Source: Podospora anserina
Lineage: Eukaryota
DNA: 64,000 bases
Assembly (NCBI GenBank): GCA_017654855.1
Contig: CM030337.1
Coordinates: forward strand, 3,410,001 to 3,474,000
Reading direction: 5' to 3'
Below, piece after piece: positions 14,557-26,030 of the stretch (its first letter is position 1; each line of letters opens with the position of its first letter). The notes under the pieces were generated by a model, which was given only the letters and a program-made list of their open reading frames with translations, was not told where the DNA came from and did no database searches. Made by a program: the position numbers and the translations under genes.

Positions 14557-15426
14557 ATGTTAACCGGCATGGAATTCTGGAAAGACTTCCCCATCACCAA
14601 CAATAACGACAGCAACACCTTGCCATTATTACCCATCACCAGCCCAGAAACATGGCTCCGTCTAATGAACCACTCCACCGCCAAGCTCGGCCTCTCCTAC
14701 TTCCCACCAAACCTCCTCGCCGTCCCTCACAACTTCTCCTCATTTGACACCATCCCAACCAACAGCCTGGTCATCACCCTCCCCGACCCAGACTCCTCCC
14801 GCTTAGAAAACAACCCTCAGCAATTAGACCAACTAATCTACGGTCTCATCTGCACGTTAGCCGGCATCTGGGTGGCAGCCTGGGCAGCATGGACGTGGTA
14901 CCACAACGGCACTCTTCTCATCCCACGAGTATCACCACCAGGCTCAAAAGACGTAAACAATGACGTCGAACTCGGCGCCCACACCGCAGTAGTGGATTTC
15001 GTCTCCCCTGAAACATTCCACGCTGGGTTTCTAAAGTATTATTATGATGTCAGCGGGGATGAGCACCAATTGGCGGACAATATCTTCAGCCACTCCGCTG
15101 ACTCTCACAATAAGCGGGAGAAGCCAGTCACGGGGGAGGATGTGGAGGAGTTGACAAAGTTGGTGCAAAAGATGTACGAGATTGATGTTGAACTGTTTGG
15201 GTTGCAAGATGCGAGGTATATCACCGAGGATAAAAAGGATAAACTGAGGAGGAAGAGGGAGGCAATGCTAGTCGAGGCGGCGAGGGTGGTGGAATCTTGG
15301 GCGGATAGGCGGTGGTTGCACATCAACAAGTGGGAGGAGGGGGAGTATGACACTGTCTTGGAGATTCTGGACGTGCTGAGGGAGTATGTCGAGGCGGAGA
15401 GGCAGAAGAGGGTGTATGTCTATTAA
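14557..15426 (+). CDS. Single-pass membrane hypothetical protein with charged helical C-terminal domain
   Basis: 289-aa ORF with TM segment LIYGLICTLAGIWVAAWAAWTWY and gene-like codon bias. Start uncertain. Confidence 0.7.
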   Translation: MLTGMEFWKDFPITNNNDSNTLPLLPITSPETWLRLMNHSTAKLGLSYFPPNLLAVPHNFSSFDTIPTNSLVITLPDPDSSRLENNPQQLDQLIYGLICTLAGIWVAAWAAWTWYHNGTLLIPRVSPPGSKDVNNDVELGAHTAVVDFVSPETFHAGFLKYYYDVSGDEHQLADNIFSHSADSHNKREKPVTGEDVEELTKLVQKMYEIDVELFGLQDARYITEDKKDKLRRKREAMLVEAARVVESWADRRWLHINKWEEGEYDTVLEILDVLREYVEAERQKRVYVY

Positions 15427-15656
15427 TAATGGAACATTTTATGCAAAGGCAAGATGTATTTGTTGCTAAAGTAATAACAGAAGAAATCAAAATGTGCACA
15501 GAAATCACCTGGCATGGCCGTGAACAAAACCAACAGCGATACATCCCAAGCGCAACCCCCCAACAAGACATCACGCCGTCATCTCTACAATCCGAGCCAT
15601 TTTGATTCCCAACCCTCCCCCCTCACCTTCTTCCTACATCCACCTCCACCAAGAAC

Positions 15657-17003
15657 TCACCTCCTAAACTGCGCACTCCCATCCTCCCCAACCCCCATCC
15701 TAGCCTCCATCTCCGCAGGCAATCTATCCTCCTCCTTGGTCTCCTTCCAGTTATTCCCGCCCTTGATCTCCACCGTCGGCTTTCCAAACCCAAAATCAAA
15801 AGCAACATCATGCCCACTCTCCCAATCCAGCTTCTGCCTCTCCTGCACCGGCAACCCCGCCGCACTCTCCAAATCCCGCTTGCTACTACCACCACTGGCA
15901 GCACTACCAGACCGTGTATGTCTCCTGAACGGGTTGTTCTCCATCCGCTTGTGCCACATGATGTAAAGGATGACGATGAGCAGGACCAACGAGCCGCCTC
16001 CCAGACCGGCTGCAACGCCGATTTTGGTGGAGAGGGGGATCCCGCTGCTTTCAGATGGGGTGGGGCTGGTGGAGGGGAGGGGGGTGTTATCGAGGGGAAG
16101 GTCGGGGGAAACGTTGGTGTTGGTTAGGGGGTTTGTGGTGTCGGAGGTTGTTGGGGGAGAGGGGCTGTCGGTAGTGTCGTCGTCGACTACGGCGTTTACT
16201 TGGGTCGGTTGGGGTGGGATGAAGACCGACATGAAGGGGGAGCCGTTGGCAGGTGTGACGAGGCTGAGGAAGGGGGAGGTGTTGGCGGGTTGCTCGGCGG
16301 TTGTTGTTGGGGCGGGGGTTGAAGCAGGAGCAGGGGTGGTATCGGCTGGCAGTGAGGGGAGCGGGAGGAGGACTGCACCGCCGGCGCCAGAGTCGGCATC
16401 TGGGGAGGGAGCTGGAGGGGCATCGGGCGCTGGGGCTGGCGAGGGCACAGGTTCGGGGTCTTCTTGCTCGGCGGGAGGGTCGGCAATGACAATCGGCGCT
16501 GGTACGGGTGCCGGTCCTGGGCTCGGCTCTGGTGATGGAGCGGGAGCTGGTGCAGGTGTTGGTTCTTCGACTGCTGGAATCTCCGCGACGGGCACAGGCA
16601 CCTGTACAACTGGAGCAGTCGATTCTTCAGGCGTCGGTTCGGGAGTTGGAGCCTCAACGACGGGTGTCTCCTCCACAGCGGGCGATTCTCCCTCCGCAGG
16701 CGTTGGGGAAGGAGTTGGTTCTGGAGTCGCAACTGCCTCCTCATCCGGCGTTGTCGTCCCTGGTGCCCCGATAACCCCGTCCAAAATCTCTGTCGGATCC
16801 GGAAGGGCGCCCACGATATCATCCGCCACCGTCGGCACCGGGACCGCATCGATCAAATCCTGAAGTCCAGGCACAAGCCCTCCCTCCTCTGACCCTGCCG
16901 GTTCCTCAACACCATTACTGTCCCCTCCCAACAAATCATCCAATGTCGGCAACTGGGCCATCGCCAGCGCGGCCAGAAGCCAAAAAATGCGGATGACCAG
17001 CAT
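15657..17003 (-). CDS. Mucin-like type I membrane protein (signal peptide, Pro/Thr/Glu-rich ectodomain, one TM, short tail)
   Basis: 448-aa ORF: MLVIRIFWLLAALAMA signal, PAP/PEP repeats, TM IGVAAGLGGGSLVLLIVILYIMW followed by basic residues. Confidence 0.85.
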   Translation of the reverse strand: MLVIRIFWLLAALAMAQLPTLDDLLGGDSNGVEEPAGSEEGGLVPGLQDLIDAVPVPTVADDIVGALPDPTEILDGVIGAPGTTTPDEEAVATPEPTPSPTPAEGESPAVEETPVVEAPTPEPTPEESTAPVVQVPVPVAEIPAVEEPTPAPAPAPSPEPSPGPAPVPAPIVIADPPAEQEDPEPVPSPAPAPDAPPAPSPDADSGAGGAVLLPLPSLPADTTPAPASTPAPTTTAEQPANTSPFLSLVTPANGSPFMSVFIPPQPTQVNAVVDDDTTDSPSPPTTSDTTNPLTNTNVSPDLPLDNTPLPSTSPTPSESSGIPLSTKIGVAAGLGGGSLVLLIVILYIMWHKRMENNPFRRHTRSGSAASGGSSKRDLESAAGLPVQERQKLDWESGHDVAFDFGFGKPTVEIKGGNNWKETKEEDRLPAEMEARMGVGEDGSAQFRR

Positions 17004-17753
17004 CGTTCAATATTTTCCAAACAACAAAAATTACAAGAATATAAGATGAAGAAAAATAGGCCAACGCCAGGGCTCAACACAACAAAAACATCTTGGGCTG
17101 GTGCCAAAAGTGAAAGCCAAACGACAACCAGTTGTCGAGAAGAAAACCAGAAAGGTTCAACGATTCAACCCGTTTGATCATCCCATGCACGGACGGGCAG
17201 CTGGATAAAAAGAGCGAACATTATCGTCAAACTTGGCATTCTGCCCGTGTCCACGATTCCGGGACTATCTTCGTTTCAGATGTTGGAGCTTTTGGTGGTG
17301 AACGCGGGGATGCAGGGGTTAATCGTAGCCGAAATGGGAAGCTCGCGTATCATGATGCCACTGATGCTACGAAAGCACCCCTGAGATCCGCGGAAAAAAA
17401 GCCACAACCTCGGTGTCCAAGCGCTGCCCTATGACGCAGCGCATCAAGATGTTCTCGGCTGGGAGAGCCTGCATTCACCACAAGGAAGTGTTCTAACCTG
17501 AACCTGACTCGGATTGTGAGATCAGCTGAACATGCTGGTGACAATACACCAGCTTGTGGCGCCCATGAACGTCTCGCACGAGCATCATACGTTATAACAA
17601 ACGGCTGTTATCATAAACGTAGCTCTTCTGGTACAAGCTTGTATGCACTGAACCCAACTGGTGAAGAACAAAAAGGGGCAAAAAGGGGGGTAGTTGCCAA
17701 GCAACATGTCTGCCAATGCTTGGCATATCCAACGAGACTTCAACAAGTTCAGA

Positions 17754-19437
17754 TCACAACTGATCACTGATCCAAGAATAGAGCCAGTAGCTTACACCGG
17801 CAAACCCGGCAGTCGCCAGTCCTCCGAGGAGCAACAGATCCAGGTTCTTGGCTTTCCATATCGGCATTCTAACGTCTGCCGTCTGAAGATGCATCGGTCT
17901 CATCTTCCCACTGTTGGGATCCAGTCCGAACTTTGCATCGTACATCATCTCCTCGATCAGGTCGGCGGCATAATGTTTCTTCCGGGCTGATATTCGGGCA
18001 ATGTGCCTCATCCGCTCAACATTTCTCGCAAAGCTGCCGTCCTCATCAAGCAGTACCTGCCGGCCCTTGTCGTAGATCTCGTCTCTTGTGAATGTGGCCT
18101 TATCGAGGCCCAACCCGACACCTGCTTCGACAATCCGTAGACCGTTCAAAAGCTGGTCGAAAAAGAATCCCAGAGACAACATACGCACTCCATGGTACAT
18201 CGCCTCATTGACACTGCTCCCGCCACCATGGGTGACAAAGAGTATCGTGTCCGGATGATCCAATATTGCTCTCTGAGGCGCAAAGGGCGTGAAATACCAC
18301 CTCTCGCTCTGATTTTCCAGCAGCATCCCCACTGGCTCCCTGACTCCCCCAGTCCACTGATTCAGCAACGGCTGAAACTGCTGCCTCTGTTTCTTTCCGA
18401 CCGTCCAAATCACCCCATCTACCAATCCATCCGCCAACAAATCCCCCAATGCCCCCAAAAACATCACAACCTGCTCCGTCGGCAGCGTTATATGCGTCCC
18501 AAAACAAACATACACCACCCTCCTCTTCTTCCCCCGCTCATAGAACCCCCTCAACTCCCCATCCAACCCAGGGTACTCCTCCGACAAAATCGGCCCAACA
18601 GCCTGCAAAAGCGGCGGGCAATCTTTTGGCGTCTCCAACCCCCAAAAGCTATTCACCAAACCCAGATAATCCGGCTTCCCCGCTGTCACCCCGGCCAGGG
18701 GGTAATTCACTCCGGCCTCTCTCCTCATCCTCTTGACCCACCTCAAATACGGCACCACCGTCGTGATTGCCCTCAACGGCCTCAGTGCCGCGCGTATCCT
18801 CTGCCAAAGGCTTGCCTTTTCCGAAGTCAGGGCATCGACTTGAAACCCAGGAATTCCGGGGATATGCCCCGCTGATACCATCCCGTACGGCATCTGTGGC
18901 CAGACCATCGCCACTGGAACGCCAAACTGTTTTTGCATATCCCTTGTTGCCTCGACAAAGAAATCAGTTACGATCGCGTCGGGGGAGATGGCTTTGGTGA
19001 TGCGGAGGAGGTGGGTGTAATCTGACGTCCAGAAGGCGTCGACTGTATATTTGGGCGCGAAGTAAGACTTGTAATCAACGCGGATGTCGGTGTTTTGGAG
19101 GGCGAGGTAGTGGGCTTCTTCTTGTTGGGGCGTTAAAGGGTCGCCCATGGGGTGGATGTGGGCAGGGAAGATGAAGGCGTAGGAGGGGTTGGTGAGGATC
19201 CATTTCTCTTGGGTTTTGTGGGTTGCGAAGTGGATTGTGTGCCCGCGGGAGGCGAGCAGGCGGCCGAGTTCGAGGACTGGGGCTGAAGTATGGGGAGGAG
19301 GGGGTTAGAGGTTGATGGAAAAGAGAGTGGGCGATAAAGAAAGAGAGATTACCTGCGTGAGTGAAGCCGCCTGTCCCGGTGACGAGGAGAATGGTGCATT
19401 TGGAGAGGGTTTCGTCTGAACTTTGATCGGCGGACAT
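17754..19437 (-). CDS. UDP-glycosyltransferase (GT1 family), 2 exons
   Basis: N-terminal GGFTHAAPVLELGRLLASRGH across an intron (~19284-19352). PSPG-like box FAPQRAILDH...FVTHGGGSSVNEAMYHGV...FFDQ. C-terminal TM. Confidence 0.92.
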
Positions 19438-20029
19438 GGCTTCGGGTTAGAGACGAGGTTTAGTTTGGGCGGGTTGTTTGCATGTCGATGAGTGAAGCAT
19501 GAAAGCAAGCACACGTCGTCAAAAACGGTGACACGGACACGGAGAACAAGAAGCTGTCTGACATCCGGGCCGTTTCATTGGCCGCTTTGGGACTCCCCGC
19601 GAACCTCACCACGCCGCGAATGGTGGGAGTCAATGCAACGTTTGTGCAGCCAACAGTTTACAGCGGGATGAAAGCTGACAGCAGACTTGCCATTAGAAGT
19701 ATCTGGAATCTGCTCATCATCATGGCACTTGTTGGTCATCGCCGCTATTGGTGGCTGTGCTGTCAGCGACATCACCGAATGGCTTGATATGGCCCGTGCA
19801 CCGATCACCACATCATTTCTTTTCACCCCAAATCGTGATTGCTTACGATTATGTAGGTATGTATGACTTGCTTCATTCACTGCCTTGGAACCTAACCCTA
19901 GTTGAGATGACATTAAGACTAGGGTAATCGCACTATCATGCTGAATCGAGAGTAGTCGCGTACGCGATTTGTCTAGGTAGGTAGGCTCAGTAAGTACCTG
20001 GACGGCAACACTTAACAAGTGATAGCTGC

Positions 20030-21372
20030 CAACGTGAAGTGCCGAGTTGGGCCGCGCCAAGAGTGGAGCGAGCTGTCAAAGGGTGGTGGGGGCCTTGTGG
20101 CTTCCCGCTCGCCTATGGGCTTGTTGTCTCCTCCCAGTCCATACCCCCAAAGTCGACATCAACAGACCCGAGTTGAAGAGCGTCAAATGATTCTCTGTCA
20201 AGCCAAACCCAACCAAGCGCCCGATAATTAACCATATACCAATTGTACGGATGGTGAAGGTCAGGAACGCCAAACGGCGACGCTCTCCGTTGTTTACCGA
20301 ACTGACTCACGTGGGTCGACCACGCATGGTTAGGCCCCAGGCTGTCGACTTTCCCATGCAAATTCCGACCTACCTCTTTCAGTCGGCAGGAAAAGCGCAC
20401 ACGAATAATCGCAGATCCTCTCACGCCCAGGTCTCTGTGGTCAATGCCCACCCCCGACATGAGCATCAGATCCTCCCGTGCATGCTCCATGAACCACAAA
20501 GCTCCCATTCAGGTCATGAACCACGCGATCTTGGCGCACACAGTAAACTGCCTTACGTTCGTAGACCCGGTCAAGTTGATGCCCGATGAGCCCACTGAGG
20601 CATTTGAGCGACGGGTCAAGCTGGGATAGACTGACAGTACAAGAAGTCCAGTGCCGTCATCGCTTCCTCAAGTTCCCAGTTGTGAAGGTGCCGGAAGAAT
20701 CGTATAGTCAGGCAGGGTGAGGCCATAGTGAAGAGGACGTTATTGCCAAGAGCAGGAAAGAAGGCTCGTATCAAAAGGATGGTCTCAGCACGAATAAATC
20801 CTCGCTCAATCATCGCTCGTTCTGTCGTCGACAGTGGTCTGCGCCTTCTGCCTATGGTGGCCAGTAAAGTCTCGTGGCATTCCGTGCTGGGATTTGGGGG
20901 CAATATTGAATGTGGGCTTCTTCCGGTCAGCCATTGCGGTTCCCGCAACCCCATCCACTCGACAGAGTGGTCTGCCAGCAGTCTTTGGGCACGGAGAACA
21001 TGTTGAACGAAGTGGCCTGTGGCTACTTCCACACGGCCGAGAACGAACATCATCCGGGGGGTTGGGATGGACTATAAATCTGGGCTTTCATCGATGATTG
21101 CTGTTGCTTCTCTCACTCGGGTGGCGAATGTCCCTTGGTTCGCGGACCGTGCCGACACTATAGAGGCGAGCCAAGGTAATTGCTGCTTTCCAACCTTCGA
21201 CTGTGAGTCTCCGTGTTACGCGACGGGTTACGTATTGGTCGCAGACATACTGGTGGAGGCCGGAACTGGTTCGGAAAAGAGCACCAGTGTCGTCCATCGA
21301 GCAGTAATCTAGGATCTAGTCTATAGCCAGTGTGACCCGGGTGAGCGATAGGAGATCGAGATTAGTACCCAT
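20030..21372 (-). pseudogene. Disrupted paralog of the 22259-23724 gene (F-box-like N-terminus)
   Basis: From ATG 21372: MGTNLDLLSLTRVTLAID*ILDYCSMDD, with TAG at 21316-21318. A frameshift and second TAG lie near 21070-21100. Segments RRRPLSTTERAMIERGFIRAE, LHNWELEEAMTALDFL and NYRALGWVWLD..LQLGSV align with the neighbour gene. Confidence 0.8.
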
Positions 21373-22258
21373 CGTGGTTGATCTTGGTAAAGGTGCAATT
21401 AGGTGGTCGGAAAAGTAAGAAGATGGCAGTAGATGATGTCGAAAGAGGTGACAGTGTGGAAAACAAATGTGAGGTACGTGAACCAAAAGATTTCGAATAA
21501 ATATCTATACTGCGCGATAAGCTTTTGTTTTGTTTGTTTGTGTGGCTCCAGTCTGTGGAGGGCTTCCAAAACACCACCCGTTCGAGGTATACAAGCCTCC
21601 GCGTCACTAAGCTTTTTTTTTTCCCTATCACAGTGTGCCAGACTATTGTTACTCTTGTTCTGCGTCGGGGTCCGGCCTTCTTCTATCTTTTTTGCACTTT
21701 GCACTCATTGCCCTGGCGCAGTGAACGTGAAGTTTCTCAATTCACCTGGCATCTTTTCTTCTAATCCTGCTCCGATACTATCCTGCCCTTGATCTGCTCC
21801 AGACCCACCTTGGAAGGACCCGCGGTCTTGAAAACCTAGTTCTGTATCGCGAGTGAATTGGCTGCTGGGAGCCAAAAGTGAACCGTAGAGCAAGACTATC
21901 CTGCCCTGCCAGTAGCCTGATCCACCTCGAGACGGTCACTTCCCTCCTGTTCTCCCTGCTCTCTCCTTCCTCCTCTCCCTCTTCTTTCCCCCCATCTTTT
22001 CCATGCTCTTTTTTCTGGTCTTCTCCCTCCGCATCTCCCTTGCTGGGGCTCTTTCCGACTTTTACGAGTCTCTACGACACTGGTGTCAAATACCTACCTG
22101 CAGTTCCAGCAATCAACGGCGAAGACGGAAAAGGAGCTGCACAAATCAGAAACTTACACAGACACTTCACTTCATGTCATCTGTCTAAGTTGTTTGGACA
22201 CATCTCCCCTCTGTCAATAATGTTTGCTGATTGTCATTAGATTTACGTCACCGTCCAG

Positions 22259-23724
22259 ATGGCCCGTCACCTGAATCTTTTGTCGTTGATGGGAGTGTCA
22301 TTGGTCATGGACAATATCATTGATAAATGCGCCATGGATGATGTCCTAACTCTCTATCGGACACAGAGATTCCTAAATGACTACATTTCTACGTACCTGG
22401 TCCGGCGGGCCAGGAGAAAGTTCACCAGAGAAGGTCTTAAAGTGGCCTTGATTTTCGTCCGCTTGTGCGACATGGCTAGGCATTGTCAGCTCGAACATCC
22501 TACAAGCCAGGACACTAAGTTGGCCATGCAGATCCTCGATGAGGAGCAAGACCTTCTTTCGATTACCACACCGCGGATTTTGTTTGACCTCTGCCGTGTT
22601 GAGGAGCTCGCGGCAAGGTTTGTTCGATTTGTCTTGCGGATCCAACGACGACTTGCCGATAAAGCCGAAAGATGGATCCGAGTTGAGGAACCTGCATGGC
22701 TCGCACCGATGTGGAAACCCAAGTACCGGTACTTCGACAAACGTGTTTACGAAGAGAAATTGAGGACCCTGAGCACCGCCGTTGGAAGCCATCGACGACC
22801 CCTCTCCCAAACTGAGGTCGCCAGGCTAGAAAGGGCATTCGTTCGAGCAGAATTGCTGTTCTTTCTACATGCTGTTTTTTCCAAGGATATCACAGACAGA
22901 GCCTTTCACAAACTGCATCGTTGGGAAGTCGAGGAGCTTCTCTGCGCACTCGATTTCATGGAATGCCAAGGCCTGCGTCGGCTCACTCACGACACGCGCA
23001 CCAAAGCACTCAGATGGCTTTTCAGATATCAGATCAGCCAGGCCTTCTATCGACGCTTCGTAAGTATTATTGTTGTATCAGTCCCAAGATAGTTGCCGGC
23101 TAACCATCTTGGTCCCTTGCATAGTACGATAAGCACTACGCTTCCAGGCAACAAAGACTACGGTTTACTGATGTTCCATTTAACCATGACGGCCATCCTA
23201 ACCTTTCGCAAGTTCAAGGTCAAGATCATTCCGACGACATCGAATGGAATGTGCCCAAGTGGACGGACCCTCTCGGACCCAATGCCGCATGGTCAGCCTA
23301 CGCAAGCCAGTTCCCAATCCAGGTTGAAGATCGAAACAACACCCGGATGACCCTGTCACAGCCAAGGTTCTTTCGCGCCCCAGGGATCTACGAGGATTTC
23401 GTTTGCATCCAGAACTACCGATGCCTGGCCTGGGTGATGTGGGACGCGGATACAACGGCGGCACTCCAGCTTGGATCAGTTGAGACCACGACCTCCCAGA
23501 TGCCGCCTCCTGTCCTCCAACTGGTTAACTTGGCTAAATCCCTCGGCAAGAATCCGTATGAACGTTTCTTGGAGTCCACAGGAAAGATCAAGTATAGCCC
23601 GCTGCAGCTGTATGATCTCGGCTTAGACAGTCAGGTTCTCGACCCTGGGCAAATTCCAGAGATTCCAGTGGTCCAAAAGGCTATCAGGGATGAGGACGTC
23701 AGAAAGGCAGTAGCTGAGTTTTGA
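22259..23724 (+). CDS. Hypothetical protein (~466 aa) with F-box-like N-terminus, 2 exons
   Basis: Intron 23060-23124 (GTAAGT..GCTAAC..TAG) joins ORF 22259 in frame to ORF 23251-23724. N-terminus LLSLMGVSLVMDNIIDKCAMDDVLTLYRTQRFL resembles an F-box. Confidence 0.75.
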
Positions 23725-24864
23725 TCTGCTTGGAATGGGACTTGGGTAGGGTGGTAAAGACGAGTTGGATTGGTCACGGAGATGCCTGTAGGACTCATGT
23801 TAGCAGGACTAGACTGATGCAGATTCTAGTGAGTCTTCGGCTAAGCGATGTGGCTCTATCAGGTGCTTTGATTAGTTAAACAATGCATGATCGGCATATA
23901 TGAAGGCGCGACTCTACCTACCTAAATCAGAATTCTAACCACAACCCTGGTGAGAGTGGCGAAGACCTCGGCCTACGGCTACTACCCTAATGCAACTTAC
24001 GTCTGAAGATAGCTTCATTCAGAGATATTGGGTGTAGAAGGGCTCGGCACTCGTCCTGGATATATTGCGTTTATTCTAGTGTTTCCTTTTGGATCTTGGG
24101 ATATATGTTGCTTGAATTTCTACCTTCTTTCATGCTTTCTTTTCCTTTGTTATCTAGCAGATCAATTCTACTTATTTTTTCTGCCCTCATCTCGACCTTC
24201 ACAGCATATGAATCCCACCATTCAGTATGAGGACGATGTCATGATCCAGGTCCTTCAGCTTGTAGCAATCAAACCGACGACCTCCCCGAGATCCCATCTT
24301 GCCAAGGAGTCATCACTGATGCCAAAAGATATGGCATGCACGCCATGAAGTTTATGTGGTTCGACCATGTCGAGGCAAGTCATGACCCCCTGTGGGACGA
24401 AGACAGCAGCGGTCTACCTACCTACCTACCTGGCCACCGCCGTTGTAGGCAAATAAATGCACAGTGTCACATAGCGAAGCTACTGCGTCTCCCTATGCGA
24501 ATGTCCTGCGTGCCTCGCATGTGTCGTCGAAAAAGAGTGGAATCTTGCGGCACGGATTTAATCTTTGTCATTGGAACTATCACGATGATTCGCCAGTAAA
24601 ACTAAAGCGTCACCACGGCCCGCGCACACGGCCTGATAGTGGAGTCAACGACGTTGCACTCATTTTAGCAGGGTGTGATTATGGAGAGCTTTTGTCAATA
24701 GCCTCGAACCGTTCAACCAACAGCCCCTACGCAACATGCCTTGAAGATGTTTTTAAGGACATGCGCGCCCAGTATGGTCAGACACGCAAGTTGTCCCTCC
24801 CACCATCCGTCACTCTTTTGATCACCAGTCATTCATTTGATCACCCCTTCACTCATTACCAAAA

Positions 24865-25769
24865 ATGCGCTCATTCTCATCAGCGGCGGGCATCGCGGCC
24901 CTCGTGTTCGGTTTGGTTGGTGTGTGCTCAGCAACATCGGGTGTTGACACGAGTGTTCCTGGGTGGGATAGAGCGCTGCGACAGGAAGGATGGACGTGTC
25001 TCACGCCACCCCGCCGCACCCAGCCCGGCAGAAGTGTATCTTTCAGTTCGTTCCAGCCCTACCCGATTCTTGTTCAATCAGATGCTAACATCTCACAGGC
25101 AACACCGTCTGCCCCCGCCAGATCAACACCTGTGAGGCCCTGTGCAAGTCAAGAGGAGGCGTCGTCGAAGGCGAGAACGCCTGCGTGTCCAACAACGGCG
25201 GCGTCGACAACCCCTTCAACTCCAACACCTACTGCTTCATCTGCAACTGCGAGGACGGCGCCCTCCCCGATCTCGAGACCTACTACGACACAGTTCCCCG
25301 CTACCGCTGTGAGATCCAGAGCCAGAACTGCTTCTACGGCTACAACCAAGGTGGACAGTTGCCGCCTGACGGGGCTTGCCGTTGTCCCGAGGCCGAGTAT
25401 GCGGTTCCTCCTTCTTGGTACAGCTTGCTGCCGAAGACGACAACTACCTCGACTGTGATCCCGCCTTCGTCAACCTCTGTTCCAGTGCCCCAGACGTCGA
25501 CCTCGGCCACCGAGACATCATCAACCAGTGAACCTGTCACTGTTACTGATACAGTGATCCCGAACACGAGCACCGGGTTGACAACCATCGAGACAATCAC
25601 CACGGCCCCCACTTCTGAGTCGACTTTGGTGGTGATTGAGACGACTTCTTCCATCTTCTCCAACGGGACTGCGCCCGTGCCAACCCAGAAGCCAATCCCT
25701 ACCGGAGGATCTACCAGACCAGTGGTCGGCGTGGTTGGCGCCATGGTGGCCGCCTTGCTGGCGATGTAA
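24865..25769 (+). CDS. Secreted, probably GPI-anchored Cys-rich plus Ser/Thr-rich cell-surface protein
   Basis: Signal peptide and an intron acceptor (GCTAAC..CAG) at 25098. A Cys-rich domain is followed by an S/T stalk and hydrophobic C-terminus VVGVVGAMVAALLAM. Confidence 0.75.
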
Positions 25770-26030
25770 TGCACGTTGCAAACCGCATTGATAAGTCTCT
25801 GGGAAGCGTGTACGCCACAGGACTTGGACATAGTTCATAGACCTTTATTGTAGGCCGAATATAATAGATAATACATATGCAGAGACTGTTAGCTAGTTCT
25901 CCGGAGCGATCAATGTTTCCCTATTTGTGTACAACTTCTCTTCCTTAAACTCAAAACCCCTCTCATAGCTACAATACATTATTCCCGCTTATACCAAGAA
26001 AAAGGACTCTCAAAGCTTTCACACCTCCCC

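Noticed and set aside
15970-16863. Long antisense ORFs (also 41877-43091 and 61332-62492)
   Set aside because: Shadow ORFs of GC-biased genes on the opposite strand.
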